A stretch of 64,000 nucleotides of DNA from Candidatus Spongiisociaceae bacterium (GTDB lineage Bacteria; Actinomycetota; Acidimicrobiia; Spongiisociales; Spongiisociaceae): assembly GCA_965262915.1 (NCBI GenBank), contig OZ253564.1, positions 3,712,001 to 3,776,000 on the forward strand, read 5' to 3'. Under the pieces are notes generated by a model, which was not told the origin of the DNA, searched no databases, and was given only the letters and a program-made list of their open reading frames with translations. Made by a program: the position numbers and the translations under genes. Numbering within the stretch: the stretch's first letter is position 1; the number at the start of each line of letters is the position of its first letter. Below, one piece after another: positions 10,058 to 20,669 of the stretch.

Positions 10058-10099
10058 TACCAGTAGTCGGGGGCCGGTGATCAGTCGCCGGGGGACGGA
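10058..10099. repeat. Degenerate 7-bp tandem array, 6 units
   Basis: taccagt agtcggg ggccggt gatcagt cgccggg ggacgga. Confidence 0.7.
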
Positions 10100-10104
10100 G
10101 CGAG

Positions 10105-10262
10105 TGGTCTATCTGTGAAATGGCGTCGTGGGATGCGGTGGCAGCGGCGTTCCTCGCAAAGCCGCCGCCGACCGCGTACGGCAGCGTATGTCGCGAAGGC
10201 GGAATGCAGCATGGGGCGTCGCCGTCAAGCAGGGCACGGCAAGTTGTATTGCGGACAGACCA
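10105..10262 (+). mobile_element. MITE family A, full length (diverged)
   Basis: Ends TGGTCTATCTG / CGGACAGACCA; interior aligns by eye with 32230-32389 and 63231-63391. Confidence 0.8.
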
Positions 10263-10265
10263 CTT

Positions 10266-11180
10266 CTAGACCGCGAGTACGCGGGCCGGGTTGGCGTGGG
10301 TCATGGCATGGATCGCTTCCTCACTGACCCCTTCGGCGCGCAGCATGGGTAGGAAGGTCTCGATCAGGTATTGGTAGCCATGACCACCGTTGGTCTTCAG
10401 GCGGGGCCGGGCCGGCATGTCCTGGGCGATGACGAGGCGGTCCTGATGCCCCTGTCGGACCAGTTCGGCCAGGAACTCGGCCCGTCGCTTATCCGAGTTG
10501 ATCCACTCGATGCCGATCAGGTCGAACTCCATGTAGGCGCCGGTGGCGGCCACCCGCTCCAGTTCCGGCATCTCCAAGACCCCGTCGAGGTGGCCGAAGA
10601 TCACCCTATCCACCTCGACTCCCTCCTCCTGGAAGATCTCGAGGAACTCCAGCGCCATGTACATGGTGGTATGGGTGGTTAGGGCCAGGCCGGTCGCTAC
10701 CTGGGCGCGGGCCGCGGCACGCAGAACACGCTCCTCGACCCCTTGAATCCAGGCCTTGTCGAGGCCGATCTCGCCGATGATGCCCGGCCTGATACCGGTA
10801 TCGCCCACACCGTTGCGTATCTCGTCGATCATGTAGTCGGCCAGCCTCTGGGTGGTCCATTTGTTCACGAACTCCGGGTAGTAGGGCTCGCGGTAGAAGC
10901 CGGTTCCCATCACGATATGGACACCGCTCGCCTCCGATACCCGGCGCAGCTTCTCGGGATCACGCCCGATGTGCTCCAGGGTCGGGTCCACCAGGGTTCC
11001 CCCACCGGCTTCCCCATAGAGCCGCACCTCCTCGGTCATCTGCACCTCGTCGGTGATCGGGATGGCCAGCCAGCGGTGCCTGGCCCAGGAGAGATCGGCG
11101 AATACATGGTCGTGCATCTGGGTGTGGCCGAGGTCGCCGGGCGAGACCGGGCCGCGTACCGTCATCACCTGCCTGGACAC
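10266..11180 (-). CDS. Phosphotriesterase (Php/PTE) family metallohydrolase
   Basis: TVRGPV, HDH, GTGFY, GIIGEIG, TTHT, GHLD, GGHGY. Confidence 0.92.
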   Translation of the reverse strand: MSRQVMTVRGPVSPGDLGHTQMHDHVFADLSWARHRWLAIPITDEVQMTEEVRLYGEAGGGTLVDPTLEHIGRDPEKLRRVSEASGVHIVMGTGFYREPYYPEFVNKWTTQRLADYMIDEIRNGVGDTGIRPGIIGEIGLDKAWIQGVEERVLRAAARAQVATGLALTTHTTMYMALEFLEIFQEEGVEVDRVIFGHLDGVLEMPELERVAATGAYMEFDLIGIEWINSDKRRAEFLAELVRQGHQDRLVIAQDMPARPRLKTNGGHGYQYLIETFLPMLRAEGVSEEAIHAMTHANPARVLAV

Positions 11181-11251
11181 GATTCGCTACCTCCCGTCAG
11201 ATCTCCGGAACACGATCATCCCGGTTGTCGCGGTCCGCAGCCGAGTCCGGC

Positions 11252-12136
11252 TCAAGGCGATCCCGAACGGGCTGCCTCGATCGCCTCCCGCGCAAAGGCG
11301 GCGCCGCGCTCGAACACACGCTCGGCATGCTCCTCCCGGGCGTGATCCTCGAAGGCCGCGTATTTGGCGGTTCCGTCCCGTTCCATCTCCATCAACAGGC
11401 CCCGGTAGTTGATCCCGTCGTCACCGACCGCAACCGGAATGTAGGTCCCGGCGTGGGTGTCGGACAGCGTCTCGTACTGGTCCTCCGATCCATGCAGCTT
11501 CTCCGAGAAGCGGGCCATGCCCTTGAGATGCGCGTACGCGATGTAGTCGCGCAGAATCCGGTAGCCGTAGGGCCAGGGCTCGATTCCGGCCGTGTATACG
11601 TTTCCTGCGTCGAAGTTGACCCTGACGTGGGGTACGTCGAGGGCGTCCAGGAAACGGGCCGTCAGTTCCGGCTCCCGCACGACATCGGTGCGCTCCGGAT
11701 CCTCGTTGCGGAGATCAAAGTGGTTCTCCAGCAGCATCGTGATGCCCTTGCGGGCCGCCAAGTCGTGGCAGGGTTCCATCCGCCTCTTGTACCGCTCCAC
11801 GATCTCGTCGAAACCCCAGGCAGGGTTGTGCCCCGGATAGGTGATGACGAACTCGGCGCCCACACCCTCGGCAAGATCGATGATGTTGCAGATGGCTCTC
11901 TGCACGGTGCCCACATCATCGGTGATCATCGCGCGGAACTTCGCCGTGGCGTTGACGCAGACGATGCGGACTCCGTACCCGTCGAGGGTCTCGGCGGCAC
12001 GGTCGAAACCGTCGTTCTGGGGGTAGTACACGAGTTCGAGGGCACCGATGCCGAGACGCCGGCATCGTTCACCGAGCTGATCATAGGTGGGGTGCCAGCG
12101 ATTCCAGGACGAGTCCGCGCAGATCGCCAATTCCAT
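11252..12136 (-). CDS. Sugar phosphate isomerase/epimerase (xylose-isomerase-like TIM barrel)
   Basis: LENH, NFDAGN, AHLK, VGDDGINY, FE motifs. Confidence 0.85.
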   Translation of the reverse strand: MELAICADSSWNRWHPTYDQLGERCRRLGIGALELVYYPQNDGFDRAAETLDGYGVRIVCVNATAKFRAMITDDVGTVQRAICNIIDLAEGVGAEFVITYPGHNPAWGFDEIVERYKRRMEPCHDLAARKGITMLLENHFDLRNEDPERTDVVREPELTARFLDALDVPHVRVNFDAGNVYTAGIEPWPYGYRILRDYIAYAHLKGMARFSEKLHGSEDQYETLSDTHAGTYIPVAVGDDGINYRGLLMEMERDGTAKYAAFEDHAREEHAERVFERGAAFAREAIEAARSGSP

Positions 12137-12192
12137 CTTCTCGTCCTCTCTTCCAGCAACCGGGTGGGTGATCGATGATCCGCATAGGTTAG

Positions 12193-12260
12193 TGGTCTGC
12201 CTGCAAGACAACTCGGCGTGGTCTGGCTGCAGACCACGCAGCCATTTCAGAGACAGACCA
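12193..12260 (-). mobile_element. MITE family A, internally deleted copy (68 bp)
   Basis: Both ends retained in reverse orientation; flanks TTAG and CTAG. Confidence 0.75.
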
Positions 12261-12274
12261 CTAGATTCCCGAAC

Positions 12275-13630
12275 ATGGTGAGCGCGCCCCGGATCGTCAC
12301 GAAGATCGGCCTGGCGCTGACCGCATGTCTGGTGATCCTCGCCTGCGGCAGCGACCCGGCCGTGATCGAGACATCGACATCGGCCCCCCGGACATCGATC
12401 ACCACGGCTGCCCCCGTCGCAACATCGGTCAGCACGACCCCGACTTCGACATCGACATCGACATCGTCAGCGACCACGTCCGGCTCGACGGACACGAGCA
12501 CCACTTCGGCTGAGCCCGCGGTTCTCACCGTGGAGGTGGTCATCACCGAGCTGGAGAACCCCCGCGGGGTCGGGATCGACGCGGAGGGTGCTCTGCTGAT
12601 CGCGGAAGCCGGATACGGGGAGGACGCCGAGGACCTGATCCTGAGGACTGGCCGGCTGACCCGCTTCCTGGACCTCGACGGAGACGGCGACTTCGACGAC
12701 CCCGGAGAAGCCGAACGGTGGTTGGACAACCTGTTCAGCTTCAACTCGGTGAACAAGTACCAGACCGGTCGCGATGAGGTGAGCGGGGCGACGGACGTGC
12801 TGGTTCACGACGACGGAAGGGTGTTCCTGTCCCTCGACGGCGGCATAGATCAGGCGGGCGGTACCTTCATCCTCTTCGAGATGGACGGCAAGGGGACCCT
12901 GCTCCGGGAAATACTCCAGGACTCCAACATGACCGGGATCGGGTTCGCTCCCGGACAGAGCAGTGTCTACGCAACCCAGAGCACCCTCAATTCGCTGATC
13001 GAGATCGACCTCGCCGGGGGAGGCCGTCGCGAGATAGTCGTCTTCGAGGATCTCTACAGCGGGCAGCAGGCGGTCCCGGCCGGGCTCGGTGTCGACCCGA
13101 CCACCGGCGACGTACTGGTGGCATTGTTCTCCGGAGTGGCGAAGGCCGAGGGGGTGGCGTGCCGGTTCGTACCCGACGTGATGTGCGACGGCCGCTACTT
13201 ACCGCTGGTTCCAACCGACGCCAGTGTCGTTAGGGTCGATCCCGAGACGGGGATCGTTACCGACGAGGTCACCGGCCTGACTGCGGCGGTCGACGTGGCA
13301 GCCGATGCCGAAGGCAACGTCTTCGTCGTCGAGATGGCGGCCGATCACGCTCAACTCTTCCATCCGGGAGTGGATCTGTTCGCGCCTGACATACGCGCTC
13401 TCCACGGCGGATACGTCAGGTTCAGCGGAAAGGTCACCATGTACCCGGCCGGCAGAAGCCCCCCGCGGGTGCTCGCGGACGGCCTCGACCAACCGACCAA
13501 TGTCACGGTGGGGCCGGACGGCGCGTTGTACGTGTCCACCGGTCAGGGAACCCCCGGCCGGCCCATACCCGGCCCGGGCGGCCGCACGGTCATAGTCGGG
13601 GAGGTAATACGGATCACCGGGTACCGATGA
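12275..13630 (+). CDS. ScyD/ScyE-like beta-propeller lipoprotein with Ser/Thr linker
   Basis: Lipobox ILAC, S/T-rich linker, LENPRG..AEAG, GPDGALYVS blades. Confidence 0.75.
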   Translation: MVSAPRIVTKIGLALTACLVILACGSDPAVIETSTSAPRTSITTAAPVATSVSTTPTSTSTSTSSATTSGSTDTSTTSAEPAVLTVEVVITELENPRGVGIDAEGALLIAEAGYGEDAEDLILRTGRLTRFLDLDGDGDFDDPGEAERWLDNLFSFNSVNKYQTGRDEVSGATDVLVHDDGRVFLSLDGGIDQAGGTFILFEMDGKGTLLREILQDSNMTGIGFAPGQSSVYATQSTLNSLIEIDLAGGGRREIVVFEDLYSGQQAVPAGLGVDPTTGDVLVALFSGVAKAEGVACRFVPDVMCDGRYLPLVPTDASVVRVDPETGIVTDEVTGLTAAVDVAADAEGNVFVVEMAADHAQLFHPGVDLFAPDIRALHGGYVRFSGKVTMYPAGRSPPRVLADGLDQPTNVTVGPDGALYVSTGQGTPGRPIPGPGGRTVIVGEVIRITGYR

Positions 13631-13690
13631 CCGTGTGATGGTCGCCGACGGCCGGCTGCCGGCAACGGCCGAGAACGCCCTGCAGGACGG

Positions 13691-13921
13691 TCAATCGCTA
13701 GCCGAGAGAGCCTCGATCGGATTCGACACGTCGAATCGACCCTTGAGTTCACCGACGGTCTTCACGAGGTCGGCGACGACGGCGGTGAGGCGATCGAGAC
13801 GTTCTTCGACTCGACTCAGGTCGGCGCGTCGCGAACGATCGAGGTAGATCATGACGGTCATCATGACACTCATCATCAAGCTCATCATGCCGCCGATTAC
13901 ACCGAAGTCCGCTATATCCAC
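13691..13921 (-). CDS. Small protein with N-terminal TM helix and coiled coil
   Basis: RBS GGAGG then GTG; hydrophobic helix then heptads ending VGELKG. Confidence 0.7.
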   Translation of the reverse strand: MDIADFGVIGGMMSLMMSVMMTVMIYLDRSRRADLSRVEERLDRLTAVVADLVKTVGELKGRFDVSNPIEALSASD

Positions 13922-14223
13922 GTTTCCCTCCAAGTGCCCCGAGAGCCGGTATCGGGCCCCTGTTGGTCAGTTGGGTTGGCGAGCGGTCCAACCCTCACCG
14001 CTTGTTCTATACTATTACTATATATTAACCATTGTCCATGTATAAAGCTGACAAGAAACAAGCCGGCGGGGGAACCAGGGAGCAGCATGCCGGACACTTG
14101 CCAGGCCGCTCATCAACCCTCGTAAGTCCTCTGCCGGCTGTGGACGGCGAGAAGCAAGGCCACTATGTTTACGAGGTCGCATCGGCACCGGCCGCATCAG
14201 CCAACGAGCAAGAGGAGAGCCGT

Positions 14224-16088
14224 ATGCAAGCAATTCGGATCAGGAGTTTCTTGGGGCTGCTGCTCGCACTGGCTCTGGTAGCCGCGGCGTGCGGCGGCGA
14301 GGAGGACACGTCGGCGGAGGACGCCGCAACTGCAGCCGCAGTCCAAGCAGAAGTAGCTGCAGCCGCAGCACAGACAGAAGCAGCCACAGCACAGGCGGAG
14401 GCCGACGAAGCCGCGGCTGCCCTCGCCCAGGCTCAAGCCGATCTGGAAGCCGCGCAAGCGGCTGCGGACGAAGCCATGGAGGGCGACGAGGCCGCGCAAG
14501 CCGAGCTCGCCGCGGCCCTCGCCGATGCCGAGGCCGCCCTCGAGGAAGCCGAGATGACCGCTGAGGAGGCCATGAAGGCAGCCGAGGAGGCGGAGGCCGA
14601 GGCAGCTGCGGCGACCACTACGACGGCACCGGCTATGGAAGAACCGGAACTCATAGAGGTCGTGGTCTCGGAGGACAGCGACATCTACAACTTCGATCCG
14701 AAGAACTCGGCGGGTGGTGAGTTCGACGCCCCGGTCTTCAGCACGATCTACGAGACCCTGGCCTGGACCAGCCCCTCGGGCGATGTCCTGCCCCGGCTGG
14801 CGACGGAATGACCATCTCCGAGGACAAGATGACCTACACGTTCAAGCTGCGGGAGGGCGTCAAGTTCCACAACGGGGCTGATTTCACGGCCGCCGATGTC
14901 GTCTACAGCGTCAACCGGGCGGTCAGCCAAGGCATCCCGATGGTGCAGCAGCGGGCCCAGAACCTGGACAGCGTTACCGCAGTCGACGACTACACGGTCC
15001 TATACCAGCTGAAGCAGCCGTCCACCGCGTTCCTCCTCAACATCGCGGACCCGACGGGACTGGGCTTCTCGTCGATCCTCACGTCCACGGCGCCCGCCCA
15101 TGGGACAACGCCGGTGGGGACCGGTCCTTACACGTTCGTGTCCTACGTGCCGGGCTCGGAGTTGGTGCTGGACGTCAACCGTGACTACTGGGACCCGTCG
15201 GTATTGCCGGCGTATGACCGCCTCCGGGTGAGGATCATCAAGGAGGACGCCACGATGGTGGCCGCGCTCAGGTCGGGGGAAGTGTCGCTGATCCATCCCA
15301 CAGCCACCGCCACTGCCAGGACGCTTCGGGACAACGCCGACTTCACGATCGTCGACACGGCGTCCCGCACCTTCTGGATCCACGCCAGCCGGGTGGGGGC
15401 GACGCGTGACGAAGCGGTGGTCAAGGCGCTCTGGTTGTCGATGGATCGTCAGGCCTTGGCCGACATCGCCTTCCTGGGCGAGGCCTTCCCGTGGTCGACC
15501 GCCCATCCAGTGGTCGAATATGCCCTGGGACCTGACGATCTTCCCAACTACCAGCGGGACGTCGAGGAGGCCAAGCGGGTGCTGGCGGAGGCCGGCTACA
15601 CGGACGGAGTCGACCTCGTGTTCACCTACCCGACCCGTGTCCCCTACGAGGACGTGTTCTTCGAGGTCCTCCAGGCCTCCTGGGCGGAAGCCGGGATCAA
15701 CGTGACCCTCAATCCGGTGGAGCAGGCGGTCTGGATACCGAAGTTGATCAACGCCGACTACGACTTGTCGGCCACGGATCAGGGTTGGTACTCGAACCCC
15801 TATAGGTACGTCCTACCGAGGACCGGCTGGCAGGCTCCACCTGAGGAGATCCTTCCCGAGCTGATCCCCGAACTGGACGCGCTGGCGGCGGCGTCGCAGG
15901 ACGAGCGCCCGGAGATATTCCAGCGGATCCAGACACTCGAGGCCGAGAACGTTTACCCCTACACGGGGACGGTCTACGCGAACGCGTCACACGTCTATCG
16001 CAACGACCTGCTCTCCAACGCCGATCTAGGCACCTACATCACCGGGGACAAGCGGGTCCTGTACCTCTCCCTGGTCCCGGCGGGATAG
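14224..16088 (+). pseudogene. Family 5 solute-binding lipoprotein split by a 1-bp deletion (ORFs 14224-14811 and 14808-16088)
   Basis: Lipobox AAAC, Ala/Glu stalk, PRLATE-[W]-TISEDKMTYTFKLREGVKFH; expected TGG reads TG, giving an ATGA stop/start overlap. Confidence 0.8.
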
Positions 16089-16095
16089 CTCGAGA

Positions 16096-16136
16096 TCGGG
16101 GGCCGGGTGGGCGTCCACCGCCCACCCGGCCCCCGA
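16096..16136 (+). terminator. Perfect 18-bp stem-loop after the SBP gene (terminator or mRNA stabiliser)
   Basis: TCGGGGGCCGGGTGGGCG-tccac-CGCCCACCCGGCCCCCGA; no U-tract. Confidence 0.7.
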
Positions 16137-16148
16137 CCATTACTCTCG

Positions 16149-17201
16149 ATGGAGGTCACGGCGGATCCGGACTCAAGACCTGACGGGCCGGTCCTGGCTG
16201 TCCGGGACCTCGTTACCGTCTACCCAACCAGGCTCGGCATCGTTCCGGCCGTCGATGGGGTCGGTTTCGAGTTGCAACCCGGCGAGGTGCTGGGCATCGT
16301 CGGCGACTCCGGCAGCGGGAAAACCACCCTCGCCCGTTCCCTGCTGGGTCTGGTGGCCGCCCCGGGCCGGATCGTGAGCGGGGAGATCCTGCTGCACGGC
16401 CGGAACCTGCTGGCGTTCACCCGCGAGGAGATGAGACGGGTACGCGGCACCGAGATCTCGATGATCTTCCAGAACCCGATCCGCTCCTTCCATCCGGGTT
16501 TCACGATCGGACGGCAGCTGATCGAAGCCGTTACCAGGCATCAGAGGGTCTCCCGTCGCGCGGCTCGGGAGAAGGCTGTCGAAGCGCTCACCTGGGTGGG
16601 GATGCCGGAACCGGCGATCCGGATGAAGGACCATCCCCACCAGTTCTCCGGGGGCATGCTGCAGCGGGTCATGATCGCCATGAGCCTGCTCAACGAGCCC
16701 GCGGTGCTGGTCGCCGACGAGCCGACCACCGCTCTCGATGTCACCATCCAGGCCCAGATACTCGAGCTCATCGAGCGGCTGGCGGTGGACCGTGGCTTGG
16801 GGGTCATCCTGGTGACGCACAATCTCGGCATGGTGGCCAGCATCTGCGACCGGGTCATGGTCATGTACGCGGGCCAGATCGTCGAGGAAGCCCCGGTCGA
16901 CGCCGTGTTCGCCCATCCCGCCCATCCCTATACCGTCGGCCTGCTCGACTCCCAGCCCGACCGGGCGACCGGCACCAGGCTGGAGACGATGGCCGGCGGA
17001 TCACCGAAGATGACCGCGCTCCCGCCCGGGTGCAGGTTCGAGCCACGCTGTGCCTATGCCGAGCCCGGATGCTCGCAACCGCCGGATCTATGGGCATTGT
17101 CCGGTGGCCAGACCGCCAGGTGCTGGGTCAGCAAGCGCCACGGCAAGCTGCCGGACCTTCCGGATCCCGCACCGACCGCCGCCGGACTCGGATCCGGGTA
17201 G
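16149..17201 (+). CDS. Opp/Dpp ABC ATPase (OppD-like)
   Basis: GDSGSGKT, FSGGMLQR, ADEPTT. Confidence 0.95.
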   Translation: MEVTADPDSRPDGPVLAVRDLVTVYPTRLGIVPAVDGVGFELQPGEVLGIVGDSGSGKTTLARSLLGLVAAPGRIVSGEILLHGRNLLAFTREEMRRVRGTEISMIFQNPIRSFHPGFTIGRQLIEAVTRHQRVSRRAAREKAVEALTWVGMPEPAIRMKDHPHQFSGGMLQRVMIAMSLLNEPAVLVADEPTTALDVTIQAQILELIERLAVDRGLGVILVTHNLGMVASICDRVMVMYAGQIVEEAPVDAVFAHPAHPYTVGLLDSQPDRATGTRLETMAGGSPKMTALPPGCRFEPRCAYAEPGCSQPPDLWALSGGQTARCWVSKRHGKLPDLPDPAPTAAGLGSG

Positions 17202-17209
17202 GCCAGGGA

Positions 17210-18223
17210 ATGGCCCTCCTCCGCCTCGAAGGCGTCTCGGTTCACTTCCGGCTCCGCAAGCGGGGTCAGGGAGGCGGCATCGTGCGGGCCGTGGACGACG
17301 TGAACCTGACGATCAACGAAGGTGAGGTGCTGGGCATCGTCGGCGAGTCGGGATGCGGCAAGACCACCCTGGGACGGGTCATCGTCGGGTTGCAGCAACC
17401 GACCGCCGGCGACGTGATTGTCCGGGGCGAGAAACGGTCCCTCCGCCAGCGGCCGGGGGCCAACGCACGCCGCGACGGCTTCCAGATGGTGTACCAGGAC
17501 GCGGCGGGATCTCTCAACCCGTGGAAACGGATCGGTTGGAGCATCGCCGAGCCACTGCGCAACGAGGGGATGGGCAAGCCGGAGATGCGCGAACGGGTGC
17601 TCGAGCTACTGGACCAGGTCGGACTCTCCGACTCGCTGATCGATCAGTACCCGGGCGAACTCTCGGGAGGTCAGCAGCAACGGGCGGCCATCGCACGGGC
17701 TCTGGCCGGCCGGCCCCGGCTGATCGTGCTCGACGAGGCGGTCAGTTCCCTCGACATGTCCACCCAGGCCCAGGTCCTCAACCTACTCAAGGACCTGGCG
17801 GAACATCATTCCGTCAACTACGTGTTCATCTCCCACGATATCGCGGCGGTCGATTTCATGAGCGACCGCGTGGCGGTCATGTACCTGGGGAGGATCGTCG
17901 AGTTGGAGGATGCCCACGACAAGAACAGGCCTCTGGTGCACCCCTATTCCATCACCCTCAGATCGGCGGTGCCGGTACCCGATCCGGTCGTGGAGCGCCG
18001 CCGTAACCGCATAGTCCTGACCGGACCGGTGGCCAGCGCCACCGATCTGCCCTCGGGGTGCCGATTCCACACCCGCTGTCCGATCGCTCAACCTATATGT
18101 TCCGACTCCGAACCGGAACTGGCCAGGGCGTCGGTGACCAGCCGGGTCGCCTGCCACTTCGCGGGAGAGTTCGACGCCCGCCATGCCGAGGCCGTAGCGC
18201 AGACCGCAGAGAAATCTACGTGA
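17210..18223 (+). CDS. Opp/Dpp ABC ATPase (OppF-like)
   Basis: GESGCGKT, LSGGQQQR, GCRFHTRCP. Confidence 0.95.
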   Translation: MALLRLEGVSVHFRLRKRGQGGGIVRAVDDVNLTINEGEVLGIVGESGCGKTTLGRVIVGLQQPTAGDVIVRGEKRSLRQRPGANARRDGFQMVYQDAAGSLNPWKRIGWSIAEPLRNEGMGKPEMRERVLELLDQVGLSDSLIDQYPGELSGGQQQRAAIARALAGRPRLIVLDEAVSSLDMSTQAQVLNLLKDLAEHHSVNYVFISHDIAAVDFMSDRVAVMYLGRIVELEDAHDKNRPLVHPYSITLRSAVPVPDPVVERRRNRIVLTGPVASATDLPSGCRFHTRCPIAQPICSDSEPELARASVTSRVACHFAGEFDARHAEAVAQTAEKST

Positions 18224-19170
18224 TCCTCTTCACCGCCCGCAGGCTGGCCGAGGCGATCGCCGTCCTGTTCGTGCTCACGTTCCTGATCTACGTCATCGGC
18301 ACCATCGTGCCCGGCGACATCGCCCAGCAGATGGCCGGTATCGAAGGCGCCACTCCGGAGAGGATGGCGGAGATGCGGGCACGGCTGGGCCTGGACCGCC
18401 CGCTGCTCGTCAGGTACGGGGAATGGCTGGGCAATGCGGTGCGAGGCGACTTCGGCCATTCGTTGTTCACGGGACGCGACATCGCTGCGGATGTCCGGGC
18501 CCAGTTCCCGGTGTCGCTGGAGGTGGCCATCGTCAGCGTCGTCCTCGCCGTGGTCATCGGCATTCCGCTCGGTGTGTACGCAGCAGTGCACACCGGAACG
18601 GTCATGGATCGGATCCTTCGAGGGATCTCGCTCCTATTCTTCTCGGTCCCGACCTTCGTATCGGGGGTCCTGTTCGTATGGCTGGGATCGATCATCCTCA
18701 AGTCCTTCTACACGTCGTTCTACGTGCCGTTTAGCGAAGATCCCATCGCCAACCTGCGATCGATAGCGTTGCCCTGCCTGGCAATCGCCCTCCCCTCGTC
18801 AGCTTCCATCATCCAGATGACCCGCACGACCATGATCGCCAGCCTCCAGGAACCGTTCATCGACACGGCCCGTGTCAAGGGCGCCCGGGAGAGCAGGGTC
18901 CGCTACATACACGCGCTGCGCGCCTCGCTCGGACCGGTCGTAACGCTCATAGGCCTCATCTTCGGCGCTCTGGTCGGTGGCCTGATCATCGTGGAGCAGA
19001 TCTTCAATCTGCCCGGCCTCGGACGCGGGGTGTTGCTGGCGATCGCGGAGCGGGACTTCCCATACGTGATCACCGCCACGCTGGTCATCGCCAGCGTCTA
19101 TATCGTCGTGAACTTCATCGTCGACCTCCTGTATCCGATCCTCGACCCGAGACAGCGGGAGCAGACATGA
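18220..19170 (+). CDS. Opp/Dpp ABC permease (OppB-like)
   Basis: PGD, LGLDRP, GDFG.S, TARVKG, VEQIFNLPGLG. Confidence 0.93.
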   Translation: MILFTARRLAEAIAVLFVLTFLIYVIGTIVPGDIAQQMAGIEGATPERMAEMRARLGLDRPLLVRYGEWLGNAVRGDFGHSLFTGRDIAADVRAQFPVSLEVAIVSVVLAVVIGIPLGVYAAVHTGTVMDRILRGISLLFFSVPTFVSGVLFVWLGSIILKSFYTSFYVPFSEDPIANLRSIALPCLAIALPSSASIIQMTRTTMIASLQEPFIDTARVKGARESRVRYIHALRASLGPVVTLIGLIFGALVGGLIIVEQIFNLPGLGRGVLLAIAERDFPYVITATLVIASVYIVVNFIVDLLYPILDPRQREQT

Positions 19171-20081
19171 CCGCGACCGGAACCGAACGCGTCGGTGGTG
19201 AGGAGCGGGGAGCCGCCGCGATGCGCAACGCCCGCCTCCGGCACCAACTCCGTGCCGTTGCCCGACACCCTTCCGGAAGGTTCGGTCTGCTGCTCATCGC
19301 CCCCGTACTCATCCTGGCCGTAGTGGGACCCTTCGTGATCCCGTGGGATCCGATCCAGATCAACCCGTCCGACTCTCTACTGGGACCATCGACCCGGCAC
19401 TGGTTCGGGACGGACCAGCTCGGACGCGATCTCGCCGCCCGGGTCGTGAGCGCCATACCGGTGGTTATCTGGGTACCGCTCGGCGCGGTGCTGTTGGCGG
19501 TCACCGGCGGTAGCGCCATCGGGATACTGGCCGGATACCGCCGAGGGTGGCTGGAGCGGGTACTCATGGCGGGAACCGATGTCCTGCTGGCCATGCCGGG
19601 CCTGCTCACGGCCATCCTGATCGTCGGCATCTTCGGTGGAGGATCACGAAACATGATCCTGGCCATCGGCGTCATCTACCTGCCCCGCTTCACCCGGATC
19701 GCCCGCGGATCCACCCTCGAGGTGCGGGGCCTCCCCTATGTCGACGCAGCCCGACTGTCGGGAACCAAGCCGTTGGCCCTCGTGATGCGACACATCCTGC
19801 CCGGGATCAGTTCCCCCCTCTTCGTGATGTGCGTCCTCAGCCTATCCACCGGCCTACTAGTCCAGACAGCCCTGAGCTTCCTGGGATTCGGATTCGAGCC
19901 TCCCACCGCCGACCTCGGGAGGATGCTCGCCAACTCGGTCGACTTCCTGACCCTCGCACCGTGGATGGCCATCTCTCCGGCCGTGGTGATCACCCTGCTG
20001 ATCCTGGCCTTCAACAACCTGGGTGACGCCGTCCGCGACGTGATAGATCCGGAAGTCGCCCGCGCGGCCGGAACGGTGTGA
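19167..20081 (+). CDS. Opp/Dpp ABC permease (OppC-like)
   Basis: HWFGTDQLGRD, YVDAARLSG, HILP. Confidence 0.93.
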   Translation: MTATGTERVGGEERGAAAMRNARLRHQLRAVARHPSGRFGLLLIAPVLILAVVGPFVIPWDPIQINPSDSLLGPSTRHWFGTDQLGRDLAARVVSAIPVVIWVPLGAVLLAVTGGSAIGILAGYRRGWLERVLMAGTDVLLAMPGLLTAILIVGIFGGGSRNMILAIGVIYLPRFTRIARGSTLEVRGLPYVDAARLSGTKPLALVMRHILPGISSPLFVMCVLSLSTGLLVQTALSFLGFGFEPPTADLGRMLANSVDFLTLAPWMAISPAVVITLLILAFNNLGDAVRDVIDPEVARAAGTV

Positions 20082-20238
20082 AGTGCCGAACACCTTCTGA
20101 CAAGAGGTTCCTCGGATAGGCGGAGGCCGATCATCCCTGTCAGCAGGCCTATCCGGCCGCTCATCGAGAAACACCTGATCAACGCGGTCACCTGATGAAC
20201 GGTCGCACACTCTGTTTCCCCGGGTAGTCCGTGCCACC

Positions 20239-20421
20239 ATGGACAACGCCGAGGAGCTCGCCGCCTCGGTGTCGGGACTGCACCCGCTCGGGCGCCGGGG
20301 CAAGCCCGCCGACATCGCCGCGGCGGTCGCCTTCCTGGCCGGGGAGGACGCCTCGTTCGTCACCGGCCACACCCTGGTCGTGGACGGCGGCCTCACGTCG
20401 CAACTGCGAACGCCTACATAG
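20239..20421 (+). pseudogene. C-terminal remnant of a short-chain dehydrogenase
   Basis: [34 protein letters not shown] with no N-terminal domain. Confidence 0.8.
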
Positions 20422-20586
20422 GAGATCGGGGAACGTCGCCGGCGGCCATCGACGGATCCGGTGACTGCCTTGCCCCACGGTCGACCATGCCGGCTTGACA
20501 CGACATACATCGTTCCCAAAAAGGTCCGCTTTGCGATTGGCGGGTTCTATTCGCTATATATATACAGGCTGAAGGCTGGCGTACCG

Positions 20587-20622
20587 ATGTGCGCCACTTC
20601 AGAAATGTGCGCCACTTCAGAA
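20587..20622. repeat. Exact 18-bp tandem duplication upstream of the SBP gene
   Basis: ATGTGCGCCACTTCAGAA x2 plus a partial third copy. Confidence 0.9.
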
Positions 20623-20669
20623 TCGTGTGCGCCCAGCAACGACAAGCAAACGAGCGGGAGGAAGACCGC

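Noticed and set aside
9218-10262. CRISPR array or integron attC sites
   Set aside because: The repeats are contiguous 7-mers without unique spacers; no cas or intI gene and no convincing attC box structure were found.
20082-20238. Possible integrase remnant (IPVSRPIRPLIEKHL)
   Set aside because: Too short, with no catalytic motif; cannot be supported by eye.
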